Assembly (NCBI GenBank): GCA_965226055.1
Contig: CBDDCA010000005.1
Location: forward strand, 544,001-608,000
DNA: 64,000 bases
Direction of reading: 5' to 3'
DNA from: Spirochaetia bacterium
GTDB lineage: Bacteria; Spirochaetota; Spirochaetia; WTKD01; G963693115
This document shows positions 52,606 through 61,972 of the stretch, in pieces. Position numbers and translations under genes: made by a program. Below the pieces are notes generated by a model that was not told the origin of the DNA, ran no database searches, and saw only the letters and a list, made by a program, of their open reading frames with translations. How positions within the stretch are numbered: the stretch's first letter is position 1; the number at the start of each line of letters is the position of its first letter.

Positions 52606-53319
52606 CTACAAACCCTGTAATATATAATTAATAGTACAGTATGTATACATATCCCGTGTAGTAGGGTGCGTGGCATCATATTTTTCTGAAAGAAAGTCAA
52701 TAAGAACAATACACTGTTTTGCTACACTCAAAGCACTAAGAGTATGAAGAAACGACTCCTTCATCCCCCTATCTTTCGAAGTAGCATCAGCAATAAATAA
52801 TAGCAACAACAAATCGTTTGGCACTTTCCATCCTAATGTATGATGTGCAATAGCAAAATATATGTTCTGCACACATTCCTGCACAGTAGCATACGAATGT
52901 GCAGGAGTAATATACTGCTCTAAAGGATACTCTTGCTGTAATACTGTTACCGCTGCCTTTCCATGCAGAAAAAGAGGTTGCTCCTGCTCATACAACTCAA
53001 TAGCAAAGCCTGACTGTTCTGCCAACAATAGCATCTGCTCTCCACTATGCTCTCTACAAATATCATGAGCCATCCCTGCAATCCATGCATGTTCACATGT
53101 AACTGCAACTTCATCATGTGTCAACGCTAGCTCGACACTGCGAGTTGCCACACATACACTATGCTCCATACGCAAAGGCGTCACTGTCTTTTCCACTAAA
53201 GCATATAGCTTTGCATGCTTTCGTGTGTATCTTTGCACTCGCTCTTTTACATTGCTCCTTGTATCATCAGACAGTAAAGCACTATTTTTTGTAACACCAC
53301 TATCGACACACTGCTTCAT
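52606..53319 (-). CDS. yqeK: HD-domain Ap4A hydrolase YqeK-like
   Basis: RMEHS, AGMAHDICRE, LHG, HHTLG, AD; adjacent to nadD. Confidence 0.8.
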   Translation of the reverse strand: MKQCVDSGVTKNSALLSDDTRSNVKERVQRYTRKHAKLYALVEKTVTPLRMEHSVCVATRSVELALTHDEVAVTCEHAWIAGMAHDICREHSGEQMLLLAEQSGFAIELYEQEQPLFLHGKAAVTVLQQEYPLEQYITPAHSYATVQECVQNIYFAIAHHTLGWKVPNDLLLLLFIADATSKDRGMKESFLHTLSALSVAKQCIVLIDFLSEKYDATHPTTRDMYTYCTINYILQGL

Positions 53320-53371
53320 TATACCCCTTATGTATTATCTCTCTCTATGCTATGCTGACAACATATCCTTA

Positions 53372-54019
53372 TCAATACAGATTATGTTCTTGTATATAAC
53401 GATACACTGTTGCAGGCAGTAATTTCTTAAGCTCAGACACATGCTCTTTATCTTTTTTATGCAATACCGATCGAATATCAGACGAACTTAGATCACTTAT
53501 AGGAAAGTCTTCTAAAACATGTACAGCATTTTTTTTTATAGTAGGGGGAATATGAAGCTCATACTGTTTACGCGGAATAACTAACAGCGTAACCCACTCT
53601 AGCATTTCCTGTATATGTTTCCATTTATCCAACAAATTAAGAGTATCAGCACCAATAACCAAGTGTAAGGGAATAGCAGGATGATATGTATCTTTTATAT
53701 ACTTTATAGTAACATGGGTATATGAAATAGAATCTTCTGACCTAAGCTCAAAATCATCAATAAGTATGTACGGACAATTATTTACCGCAGTATGAATCAT
53801 AGCAATACGACTATCACTCTCTACTGACATCCTATGACTCTTAAAAGGATTCTGCTTTGTGGGAACAAGAACAACATACTCTACATTACAATGCGCATGT
53901 ACATAATGTGCAATAGCAAGATGGGTAGCATGAAACGGATCAAAGCTCCCTCCAAAAAGAGCTAGAGTACTATGAGCAACAGAGACTACTTGCTTTTTAT
54001 TATCTACTATTCTATACAT
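53372..54019 (-). CDS. nadD: Nicotinate-nucleotide adenylyltransferase
   Basis: FGGSFDPFHATH, NPFK, SYT, IGAD, LSSSDIR. Confidence 0.92.
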   Translation of the reverse strand: MYRIVDNKKQVVSVAHSTLALFGGSFDPFHATHLAIAHYVHAHCNVEYVVLVPTKQNPFKSHRMSVESDSRIAMIHTAVNNCPYILIDDFELRSEDSISYTHVTIKYIKDTYHPAIPLHLVIGADTLNLLDKWKHIQEMLEWVTLLVIPRKQYELHIPPTIKKNAVHVLEDFPISDLSSSDIRSVLHKKDKEHVSELKKLLPATVYRYIQEHNLY

Positions 54020-54031
54020 TACTACATTCCC

Positions 54032-55195
54032 TTATAGAGAAACATTCTCTACAGTATCTAAACGAAGAAGCTGTTCTTTTAGCTCTTCCATTCCCATAAA
54101 ATGAAGAGCCGATACTCCAAACAATCCATAAAACAAAGAGTTTGAAAATTGATGTACTGAAGATACAGAAGATATCTCCTTATCTGTGGGAGTCATCTCT
54201 TCTCCTTCCTGTTGTCGTATACACTGTTCAAGTTGATAAAGCACCCTTTGATAATCAAAAGAAGCGTTATCATCATGTACACAATCAATTTTATTACACA
54301 CTATTAAAAACGATTTAGTAGCAAAAGACGAGTCATAACACAACACCTCATGCTGTAATATCTTAAAATTACCATACAGCATTTCAACTGCATCCTGTAC
54401 TGTATCTTTACTTGCATCACTGACATTGCTGACAATTTTTTCATGCACAAGAGAAATATCAAGCACATAACAAATGGTAGTTGCTTTTCGTATATGTCGT
54501 AAAAAACTTGTACCTAAGCCATACCCTTTTGCTGCTCCTGATAAAATACCCGGAATATCCACAAGCACTGCTTCGGTATATGCATTACGCAAAGTACCTA
54601 AATTAGGGATAAGCGTAGTAAACGGATAGTTTGCAATTTTAGGATCAGCATTGGTTAACGATTTCAACAATGTTGACTTTCCGACATTTGGTTCTCCTAC
54701 AAAACAAACATCTGCAGAAAGCTCCAGCTCTGCTCGTACACGCAACTCACTTCCGTCCATTCCTGACTGTGCATACTTTGGAGCTTGTCGCACAGAGCTC
54801 TTAAAATGAACATTTCCTTTCCCGCCTTTCCCGCCTTTTAATATACAGTATTCTGTAACACTATTATCAAAGCGTAGCAATTCAGCACCCGATACTGTCT
54901 TGATAACCGTACCAAAAGGAACTTCAATAATTAAATCTTCCCCATCCGCTCCATGTTTTTTTCTTCCTTGTCCTGGATGCCCATTTTTTGCAACATACTG
55001 AGACTTAAAGCGCAGTTTTCTTAATGTTCGTTCATGAGGGGTAGAACAAAAAATAACATCGCCCCCTTTCCCGCCATCTCCACCATCAGGTCCCCCTTTT
55101 GGGACATACTTTTCCCTTCTAAAACTTGCAGCTCCTGCACCACCTTTGCCTGACTTGAGAACAATTTCAATAATATCAATAAAATGAGTACTCAC
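54032..55195 (-). CDS. obgE: GTPase Obg
   Basis: FRREKYVPKGGPDGGDGG, GEPNVGKST, YPFTT, DIPG, NKID. Confidence 0.96.
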   Translation of the reverse strand: MSTHFIDIIEIVLKSGKGGAGAASFRREKYVPKGGPDGGDGGKGGDVIFCSTPHERTLRKLRFKSQYVAKNGHPGQGRKKHGADGEDLIIEVPFGTVIKTVSGAELLRFDNSVTEYCILKGGKGGKGNVHFKSSVRQAPKYAQSGMDGSELRVRAELELSADVCFVGEPNVGKSTLLKSLTNADPKIANYPFTTLIPNLGTLRNAYTEAVLVDIPGILSGAAKGYGLGTSFLRHIRKATTICYVLDISLVHEKIVSNVSDASKDTVQDAVEMLYGNFKILQHEVLCYDSSFATKSFLIVCNKIDCVHDDNASFDYQRVLYQLEQCIRQQEGEEMTPTDKEISSVSSVHQFSNSLFYGLFGVSALHFMGMEELKEQLLRLDTVENVSL

Positions 55196-55256
55196 TAGGT
55201 ACTTTCTGCAAATGCCTTTCTACAAAAAACAGTATGCATATAGCTACAAAGAATAG

Positions 55257-55508
55257 CTATTGAGGCAACACCGAAACAATTTTTTTTCCCATTTTTGTTC
55301 CAAACTGTAACAATCCTTCACATTTAGCATAGAGAGTATCATCACGGCCTTTCCCTACATTTATACCAGGATGAAACCGAGTTCCTCTTTGACGGACAAT
55401 AATTTCACCACCAGCAATTATCTGTCCTCCAAAACGTTTTACTCCCAATCTTTTTGATACCGAATCGCGTCCATTTTTAGTACTTCCGCCACCTTTTTTA
55501 TGTGCCAT
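55257..55508 (-). CDS. rpmA: 50S ribosomal protein L27
   Basis: [27 protein letters not shown]. Confidence 0.97.
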   Translation of the reverse strand: MAHKKGGGSTKNGRDSVSKRLGVKRFGGQIIAGGEIIVRQRGTRFHPGINVGKGRDDTLYAKCEGLLQFGTKMGKKIVSVLPQ

Positions 55509-55565
55509 ATTTACTCCTTATATAATAACAAAACTATTTTTTAATATACATTTATATACATAGTA

Positions 55566-56057
55566 TTATACTACATCTATAGTACATTGTAACGCAGATG
55601 GAGTATTTTGTGCAATAAGCTGTATTCCCACTACAAAACTTTTCATAGCACCAAATACTTCAATATAATGATGAAGAGTATGTAACGATACAGAATGTAT
55701 CATAGCTTGATAATCAACTTTAAATTCAAAATTTCCCTCATGCTCTGCTTTTAAGGAGACTATATCTCGTATATTATGCCCCGCTACTGCAGACAACACT
55801 TTACACAGGATACTCACTGATGCACAGGCTGCTATCAATTCACGTTCCTCATTATTATGAGAGCGAGAAAGATGCTGCATAGCATGTCCCGATACCACAG
55901 CCGAAACAATCATTACAGGTTCTTGTTGTACTAACGATTGAACACAATATTTGTTTTCCTGTGTATCCTTATCATCCAACAATAACTGTGAAACTCTATG
56001 ATAAAAATCATTAAAAAACGAAGTAGATTGAAGTACAGAAATACCTACCTGTATCAT
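55566..56057 (-). CDS. Prp/YsxB-like ribosomal-processing cysteine protease
   Basis: SGHA and ACASVS catalytic motifs; located between rplU and rpmA. Confidence 0.75.
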   Translation of the reverse strand: MIQVGISVLQSTSFFNDFYHRVSQLLLDDKDTQENKYCVQSLVQQEPVMIVSAVVSGHAMQHLSRSHNNEERELIAACASVSILCKVLSAVAGHNIRDIVSLKAEHEGNFEFKVDYQAMIHSVSLHTLHHYIEVFGAMKSFVVGIQLIAQNTPSALQCTIDVV

Positions 56058-56142
56058 AATAACGAGACTACAGTAACTGTTGTGCTATAAATGTGTACTA
56101 TAAATAATTTTTGTATTGTAATTTTATATCACTAACAATACA

Positions 56143-56169
56143 TGTGTATTTCTCCAAAAGAAATACACA
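56143..56169. other. Perfect 11-bp hairpin just after the rplU stop
   Basis: TGTGTATTTCT-ccaaa-AGAAATACACA. Confidence 0.65.
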
Positions 56170-56172
56170 CAT

Positions 56173-56481
56173 TTATGCACTAATTTCTGTAACTTTTAAG
56201 AGAGTATTGGGAACTCTAAATCCCCATGATTTTTTATATTGCTTGCGTCTCTTATAAATGCGAGCAAATTGTTTTTTTCCTCTATTTTGAGCAAAAATTT
56301 CAACTTTCACTTTTGCATCAACATATGGAGTTCCAATTTTAACTTCATTATCCTTGTTATACATCAATACCGAAGAGTACTCCAATGTATCACCAACATT
56401 CCCTTTTATAGACGGTGCCTTCACTATACTATCAGGTTCTACCCGTAACTGAGAACCAGAAATTTCAACTATTGCAAACAT
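56173..56481 (-). CDS. rplU: 50S ribosomal protein L21
   Basis: MFAIVEISGSQ.RV, IGTPYV, KRRK..K..GFR; position upstream of rpmA. Confidence 0.93.
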   Translation of the reverse strand: MFAIVEISGSQLRVEPDSIVKAPSIKGNVGDTLEYSSVLMYNKDNEVKIGTPYVDAKVKVEIFAQNRGKKQFARIYKRRKQYKKSWGFRVPNTLLKVTEISA

Positions 56482-56635
56482 AATATCATCCTTGTAAAGA
56501 AAACTGTACTTATATTCTAACTTATATCTTCCCTTTAATATATCTTATTATAAGAAAGATACAATAGTCAAGTGTACAGTACTATTTTCTTCCATTAACA
56601 GTATTTTCACTTTATCTATATCTCTTAAAAGATAT

Positions 56636-56668
56636 AAAAAGCCTATAAACATAGTTTCATTTATAGGC
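56636..56668 (-). terminator. Putative intrinsic terminator of the small lipoprotein gene
   Basis: GCCTATAAA-10 nt-TTTATAGGC followed by TTTTT on minus strand. Confidence 0.6.
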
Positions 56669-56738
56669 CTTCCTCCCCCCCCACATAATAAAATACAGGA
56701 AAAATACAGGGAAAATACAGTAAAATCAATACCTAGTA

Positions 56739-57083
56739 CTAATTATTGTATTTAATAGCAGTTCCTGTTACTACATATCTTTTTTGAAAGAAAATATACC
56801 AAAAATATGATGTATATCTTTCAGAAACAGCAACATTAATAATGTCATCAGCATTATATTGTTCTTTTAGCGTATCAAGAACATCCAGATCATCTCCCCA
56901 AGAAAATACTCCTAATACTATATTGCTTGAAAATTCTCTTTCAACCTCAGCAAGTACAGTATAATCACTTTTCACAGGATTAGATGTTCCTGGCTGGTAA
57001 TTATTTATTGAAGCACAAGAAAAAAGCAATAATGTAAACAATATTCCAAACGTGCTTACAAATACAGTAGTTATTTTGTTCAT
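56739..57083 (-). CDS. Small lipoprotein of unknown function
   Basis: Lipobox LFSC; ADDIINV..VTGTAIKY; AAGGAG RBS and TTGACA-17-CATAAT upstream. Confidence 0.75.
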   Translation of the reverse strand: MNKITTVFVSTFGILFTLLLFSCASINNYQPGTSNPVKSDYTVLAEVEREFSSNIVLGVFSWGDDLDVLDTLKEQYNADDIINVAVSERYTSYFWYIFFQKRYVVTGTAIKYNN

Positions 57084-57234
57084 AATAGACTCCTTTTTAT
57101 TCTATTATGGTAGAAACTTACTTTATTGTCAATAAAACTCCAGTTTTTTTATTTTTCTAGTTCTGTTCGGTTAGTAATTAGAATTTCCACTCCCTTTAAT
57201 ACCAGCTTATGCATATTATAGTATAATAAATGTA

Positions 57235-58413
57235 ATGAAAAAATTCTCTATTCCTTTTTCCCCCCCTTCTATTGGGAGGAAAGAGATTGCTGCAGTACAG
57301 AGAGTCATGAAAAATAATTGGCTCACAAGTGGTCCAGAAACAATCGCATTTGAACAAGAATTTGCTACATACATTAGAAATCATCCTGCCGAAACGAACA
57401 AAGCACCACTCCAAGCAAGAGCTGTCATAAACTGTACTGCAGGACTACACTTAGCCTTAATGGCATTACGCGTCCCTCAATCAAAAAAAGTACTTGTTAG
57501 CCCCTATACATTTGTGTCAAGCATCTCTGTTATTCTTATAAGTGGGCTAGAATTTGATTTTTATGATATAGGCAAGACTAGTCTCTATCCTGACATTAAC
57601 GATTTTAAGAAAAAAGCAGAACAATCATACTATGCTGCAGTAATATTTATTCAAATTACAGGATTTGTTACCGAACACTATCAAGAGCTTATTGATATTG
57701 CACGATTTTATAAACTAGCTATTATTGAAGATGCCGCTCATTCTTTTCCTGCCTATAACCAACATGGCTTTCTGGGAACAATGGGAGATATTGGTGTATA
57801 TTCTTTTTATGCAAATAAAACTATTACAACAGGAGAAGGAGGTATGATTGTAAGCAGAGACACAGAACTCATAAACACTATAACATTGCTTCGTAATAAT
57901 GGTATCAATAAGAATCCATGGTACAGAAACAAGAACAATGTAGCATTGTATGATGTTGAAGCGTTAGGATATAAATACAACCTCACAGATATGCAATCAG
58001 CAATCGGAAGAGTACAACTAAAAAAAGCAAAAAAATTACAAAAAAAACGTTTGCTACTAGCCCAAGAATATATACGATTACTAAAAAATAAATCATATAT
58101 CACATTACCAGAGACCTCTTCACAGCCATATGCACATTCTTGGCATATTTTCTGTATACAGTTTGTACACCCTAGTATCACCCGCGATAGCTTTGTACAA
58201 CAACTTTCTAATTATGGCATTCAAACCTCTATTCACTACCGACCTATACACATGATGAGCTATTACAAAAAAAGATATTCTTTTCATGACACAGATTTTC
58301 CTAATGCACTTTCCCGTTTTGCCTCTACACTGAGTTTACCTTTATTTACGGATATGAAGCTAAAAGATGTACAAAAAGTATGTGAAATAATAGAAAAAAT
58401 AGTAGAAAAATAA
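57235..58413 (+). CDS. DegT/DnrJ/EryC1/StrS aminotransferase
   Basis: WLTSGP, NCTAGLHLAL, IEDAAH, SFYANKTITTGEGG, GYKYN. Confidence 0.94.
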   Translation: MKKFSIPFSPPSIGRKEIAAVQRVMKNNWLTSGPETIAFEQEFATYIRNHPAETNKAPLQARAVINCTAGLHLALMALRVPQSKKVLVSPYTFVSSISVILISGLEFDFYDIGKTSLYPDINDFKKKAEQSYYAAVIFIQITGFVTEHYQELIDIARFYKLAIIEDAAHSFPAYNQHGFLGTMGDIGVYSFYANKTITTGEGGMIVSRDTELINTITLLRNNGINKNPWYRNKNNVALYDVEALGYKYNLTDMQSAIGRVQLKKAKKLQKKRLLLAQEYIRLLKNKSYITLPETSSQPYAHSWHIFCIQFVHPSITRDSFVQQLSNYGIQTSIHYRPIHMMSYYKKRYSFHDTDFPNALSRFASTLSLPLFTDMKLKDVQKVCEIIEKIVEK

Positions 58414-58418
58414 GTATT

Positions 58419-60137
58419 GTGATTGAAATTCCCTGCCTACAAGAAAGTGAGCAGACAATTTACCTTGCTATTCCTTTAGCTTTGAACACCTCTACAACGA
58501 CAATCAATGAATATCATCAACAGAAAATACAGGTACGTTCAAGTGACTGTCTTATCATTTCTCATAACGAAATGCCTACCACAAAATTTCAATACTATAA
58601 TACTGCTATCCCTCTGTTATATAATGATAGCGAAACTGTTTCTACAACAACGAAAAATAAGCAACATATACCACAGCAGAGCAATAATACACTCATTCCC
58701 TTTACTTCACTCCTCGTAGGACCATCTTATACATGTCACGCATTGATGCAAAATTATTTTCAGTGGGCAATACTGCAACCCTATGTATTTAGCTCTCCTG
58801 CTATCACAAAGATGCACAACAAAAAACATACATACACGCATACAAAACAGAATACTACAAAAAACAAAAATAACACTAGCAAAGTATGGAGAGCAACCTC
58901 TATTCCAAAAATATGGGCACAAGCCACCCTCTCTCATGTAAAAACAACATGTATGCTAGGAGATGCACTGCAAAATGAATTAAGAAACATATTCAGTTAT
59001 CCTATCACGGTCACTCCTGTATCACCATCAAATCATAGTACTCATAATGAAATGCTCGCATGGCTTTTTACTATCTATGCCGTTACCATTGCACGCAAAA
59101 TTTTTAGAACAGTATTATGTGATTCAAGCACTATTGAACATCAGTTTCAGATATGGCAGCTACAGAAAAAAAATGCATTTCATCCATTAAACAAAATTAT
59201 ACATTTTCAAAAAAAAGCCAGTATGTCATATAGCTCGTTATCTCTAAAACAACATACAATAGACAGCTCACTCACACCTACGACAAAAGACAAAATAATA
59301 GCATCTCAAATCAACACAGAACAACAAGTACTCAACACATCAGAGTACCATAAGAGAAAAGTCATATATAATACTATCCAACATCCAGCATACAAAAAGT
59401 ACATAGGGTTCTCTTCTCAACATATTACTACATCACTTACAATAGCACAAAAATATTTTCATCCACATCAAACCATTATAAGTATAGAAAAAACTGATAC
59501 AAACATAACTATCTCAGTCCCTGTATTACCTTGCATACAAACTCAGGCAGATATAAAAAGCCTTGTTGCCCATATCTTCAAGTACACAACAGACACAATA
59601 ATACTTCATACAATACCACTTACTACTAAAGTAAACCCGCTCTACTTACATCTCCACGACTACGATATTATAACTGCCCTTGTATTTCTTATCTGCCAAA
59701 AACTAACAAAAAGCACAAAAGCAACAACAAACCTTACATTACAAGATACTATAAAACTTGCACTCAACAACTCCATTGCCATATGTATAGAGTTAGATAC
59801 CTCACTCTATAGTAAAAAAATAAATATATCTTCAGTCTATGCTGCAATACATACAGGATATGTAATACATGAAAAAAAATTTTTAGGATTAATAGAATAC
59901 AACATAATTGATGCTCTCTATTCTTTACTAGGAGTATCAAGCCTATTTAATAGAGAAAAACTACACTGGCATATAAAATTACTCCATAACAAAGAAAATG
60001 CTAACATATTCAAAATGCATACATCCACCGCTTCATTACCGTACAATTTTCATGCCTTAATACAACAAGCACTAGAAGATGCATTCGAAAAAAATAGTAC
60101 AGTAGCCCTCCGTTTTCCTACATTGGAGCATATATGA
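58419..60137 (+). CDS. Highly diverged protein, possibly remnant of xanthine dehydrogenase Mo-binding subunit
   Basis: 572-aa ORF; identity inferred mainly from the two following genes. Confidence 0.4.
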   Translation: MIEIPCLQESEQTIYLAIPLALNTSTTTINEYHQQKIQVRSSDCLIISHNEMPTTKFQYYNTAIPLLYNDSETVSTTTKNKQHIPQQSNNTLIPFTSLLVGPSYTCHALMQNYFQWAILQPYVFSSPAITKMHNKKHTYTHTKQNTTKNKNNTSKVWRATSIPKIWAQATLSHVKTTCMLGDALQNELRNIFSYPITVTPVSPSNHSTHNEMLAWLFTIYAVTIARKIFRTVLCDSSTIEHQFQIWQLQKKNAFHPLNKIIHFQKKASMSYSSLSLKQHTIDSSLTPTTKDKIIASQINTEQQVLNTSEYHKRKVIYNTIQHPAYKKYIGFSSQHITTSLTIAQKYFHPHQTIISIEKTDTNITISVPVLPCIQTQADIKSLVAHIFKYTTDTIILHTIPLTTKVNPLYLHLHDYDIITALVFLICQKLTKSTKATTNLTLQDTIKLALNNSIAICIELDTSLYSKKINISSVYAAIHTGYVIHEKKFLGLIEYNIIDALYSLLGVSSLFNREKLHWHIKLLHNKENANIFKMHTSTASLPYNFHALIQQALEDAFEKNSTVALRFPTLEHI

Positions 60138-60670
60138 GCATCACAATAACATTACACATAAACAATATGGAACGCACTATTACTCTGGAAGAAGATATTC
60201 CTCTCGCTGTACTTCTTGCACGACTTATTCCACAACATTACCAACACATAGACACGCCATTATATCCACTTCCTTTATGGGTATTACTAAATTCACAAAA
60301 TATGATTCCAGCAAACAATATCTCAGCATCACGGTTACATCATAAAAGCATTGTCACTTTTCCTTTTGCTTATAACTATAGAGCATTTCGGTATCTCACA
60401 AACATACTATGTACACACGGTATTATTATCAATACTGATACCATAGCCCTATGTACATTTACTCTGTACATATGGTTTGTACAAAAAATCAACAATCCAT
60501 TAGAAAGAGCGTTTACCCTCACACAGTTATATCCTCACCTATTTAAGCAACCACATAGTTTTGCCCATGCTTTTAGACAAATAATAAAAGATAATATATT
60601 GGAATATCCTAATGTATCATCTCCTCATTTTGCACCTACAATAAAGGGAACATACAAAGAATATGAATAA
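60134..60670 (+). CDS. Degenerate CoxS/XdhC-like subunit lacking Fe-S cysteines
   Basis: ITLHINN.ERTI....PLAVLL and VLLN...PA..ISASRL..KSIVT resemble CoxS; Cys motifs absent. Confidence 0.55.
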   Translation: MSITITLHINNMERTITLEEDIPLAVLLARLIPQHYQHIDTPLYPLPLWVLLNSQNMIPANNISASRLHHKSIVTFPFAYNYRAFRYLTNILCTHGIIINTDTIALCTFTLYIWFVQKINNPLERAFTLTQLYPHLFKQPHSFAHAFRQIIKDNILEYPNVSSPHFAPTIKGTYKEYE

Positions 60671-61484
60671 ACAACATTCTACAATACTATCAATAAAAAA
60701 TATTCATCGCCTTAAATATACTCTTAAAACATTAAAGTATGTAGTCCCTCTCTCGCAATATCCCAGTAACTACTTTAATGCCGAAAAACAAAGCGTATCT
60801 TTTGTTTCTCTCGAAAAAATAAAAGAATTTTATTCGGTAGTAGTATCACATGTTTCTCTTATTTTTGGATTACATACCAGTATACAAAAAATTATCAATA
60901 TTCATTCTCACTATCCATTACCGTACATTATCATTGACAGTATCAAAAAATTTATCCCCTACGAATCATTTCAATCTGTTCGCCTACTTGACATCATCAG
61001 CACTAATCAGCAGCATGTTCTATTACGCCTTGTTCTTTCTCTACTGAAAACAAAAGTCCTTATAGTAAAACACAATACACAGTATTGGATGAATTTTGAA
61101 GAATACATGAAAAATGAAATACATTCATACCAATCTATTCCTTTAAGTCTACGCTTTAATTTAGACATTCATACTCATCATGTTATAACAGTGAGAGATA
61201 TACAAAGCTATAGGGACCCTTCTTTTGCAATCATAGGGATAGTCCAGCTTAATGCCGAAAAAAATAAAATCATTGATGTCTCTGTATACATATACAAAAA
61301 CAAAGAATACTATGATATTTCTCAACAGCTCACTGCATTTAAGCAACGCTCTTATCCACTTAATGTATACGAGCTTCATAGCTCTGCAATGAAACAAACA
61401 CTTTCTCTTCCTTTCTTAAGCAAAATAGAGCATGGATATTTCTTAGAAAGTTTGATCATGCTCTTACATCCTAATATTGTATAA
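60663..61484 (+). CDS. Degenerate CoxM/XdhB-like FAD subunit
   Basis: VSLEKIKEF..V......LIFG..TSIQKII resembles the PCMH FAD-binding domain. Confidence 0.5.
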   Translation: MNKQHSTILSIKNIHRLKYTLKTLKYVVPLSQYPSNYFNAEKQSVSFVSLEKIKEFYSVVVSHVSLIFGLHTSIQKIINIHSHYPLPYIIIDSIKKFIPYESFQSVRLLDIISTNQQHVLLRLVLSLLKTKVLIVKHNTQYWMNFEEYMKNEIHSYQSIPLSLRFNLDIHTHHVITVRDIQSYRDPSFAIIGIVQLNAEKNKIIDVSVYIYKNKEYYDISQQLTAFKQRSYPLNVYELHSSAMKQTLSLPFLSKIEHGYFLESLIMLLHPNIV

Positions 61485-61503
61485 ATGTATGTACTGTTAG
61501 AGT

Positions 61504-61532
61504 TTGACAATTTTAGCATCTTTAACTATAGT
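61504..61532 (+). promoter_or_regulatory. Putative sigma70 promoter giving a near-leaderless transcript
   Basis: TTGACA-17 nt-TATAGT; ATG follows after an 8-nt gap; no SD. Confidence 0.55.
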
Positions 61533-61540
61533 AAAAATAC

Positions 61541-61972
61541 ATGTATAAGAAAAAAATTTTCTTTATAGTTACTATACCATATGTTTTGCTCATACTCATC
61601 AGCATACTAGGATGTGCCTCTCAAGAAAAAGAAAAAATAAGAAATACAGAATCAACAAGTATTCAGCTTCTTCTTACAAGAAACCTCATGTTTTATCAAA
61701 ATTACAACGCTGCAATAGAAATGTTTACCTATATTAGAGATGAAAACCCTGACAACATTGCTCTTAAAGTAGAAACAGAATATGAAATAGCGTTCTGTTA
61801 TTGGAAAAAAAGAGATTTACAACAATCACAACAAAAATTTGAAGAACTTATTGCTTTTTATGATACAAATGATTTTGAAGAAGAAATTCCTACGTGGCCA
61901 TACTTTCTTAGTAAAAAAATTCTTGCAGACAAAATTCTCCCTGAAATAGACAACACTACCTCATCTCAATAA
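61541..61972 (+). CDS. TPR lipoprotein, spirochaetal BamD-like
   Basis: Lipobox ILGC; EYEIAF.YWK, FEELI and P.WP..LSKKIL motifs. Confidence 0.7.
   Translation: MYKKKIFFIVTIPYVLLILISILGCASQEKEKIRNTESTSIQLLLTRNLMFYQNYNAAIEMFTYIRDENPDNIALKVETEYEIAFCYWKKRDLQQSQQKFEELIAFYDTNDFEEEIPTWPYFLSKKILADKILPEIDNTTSSQ

Noticed and set aside
57259-57266. Poly-C run at the 5' end of the DegT gene as a phase switch
   Set aside because: In frame and encodes the family-typical FSPP segment; no evidence of variation from a single sequence.
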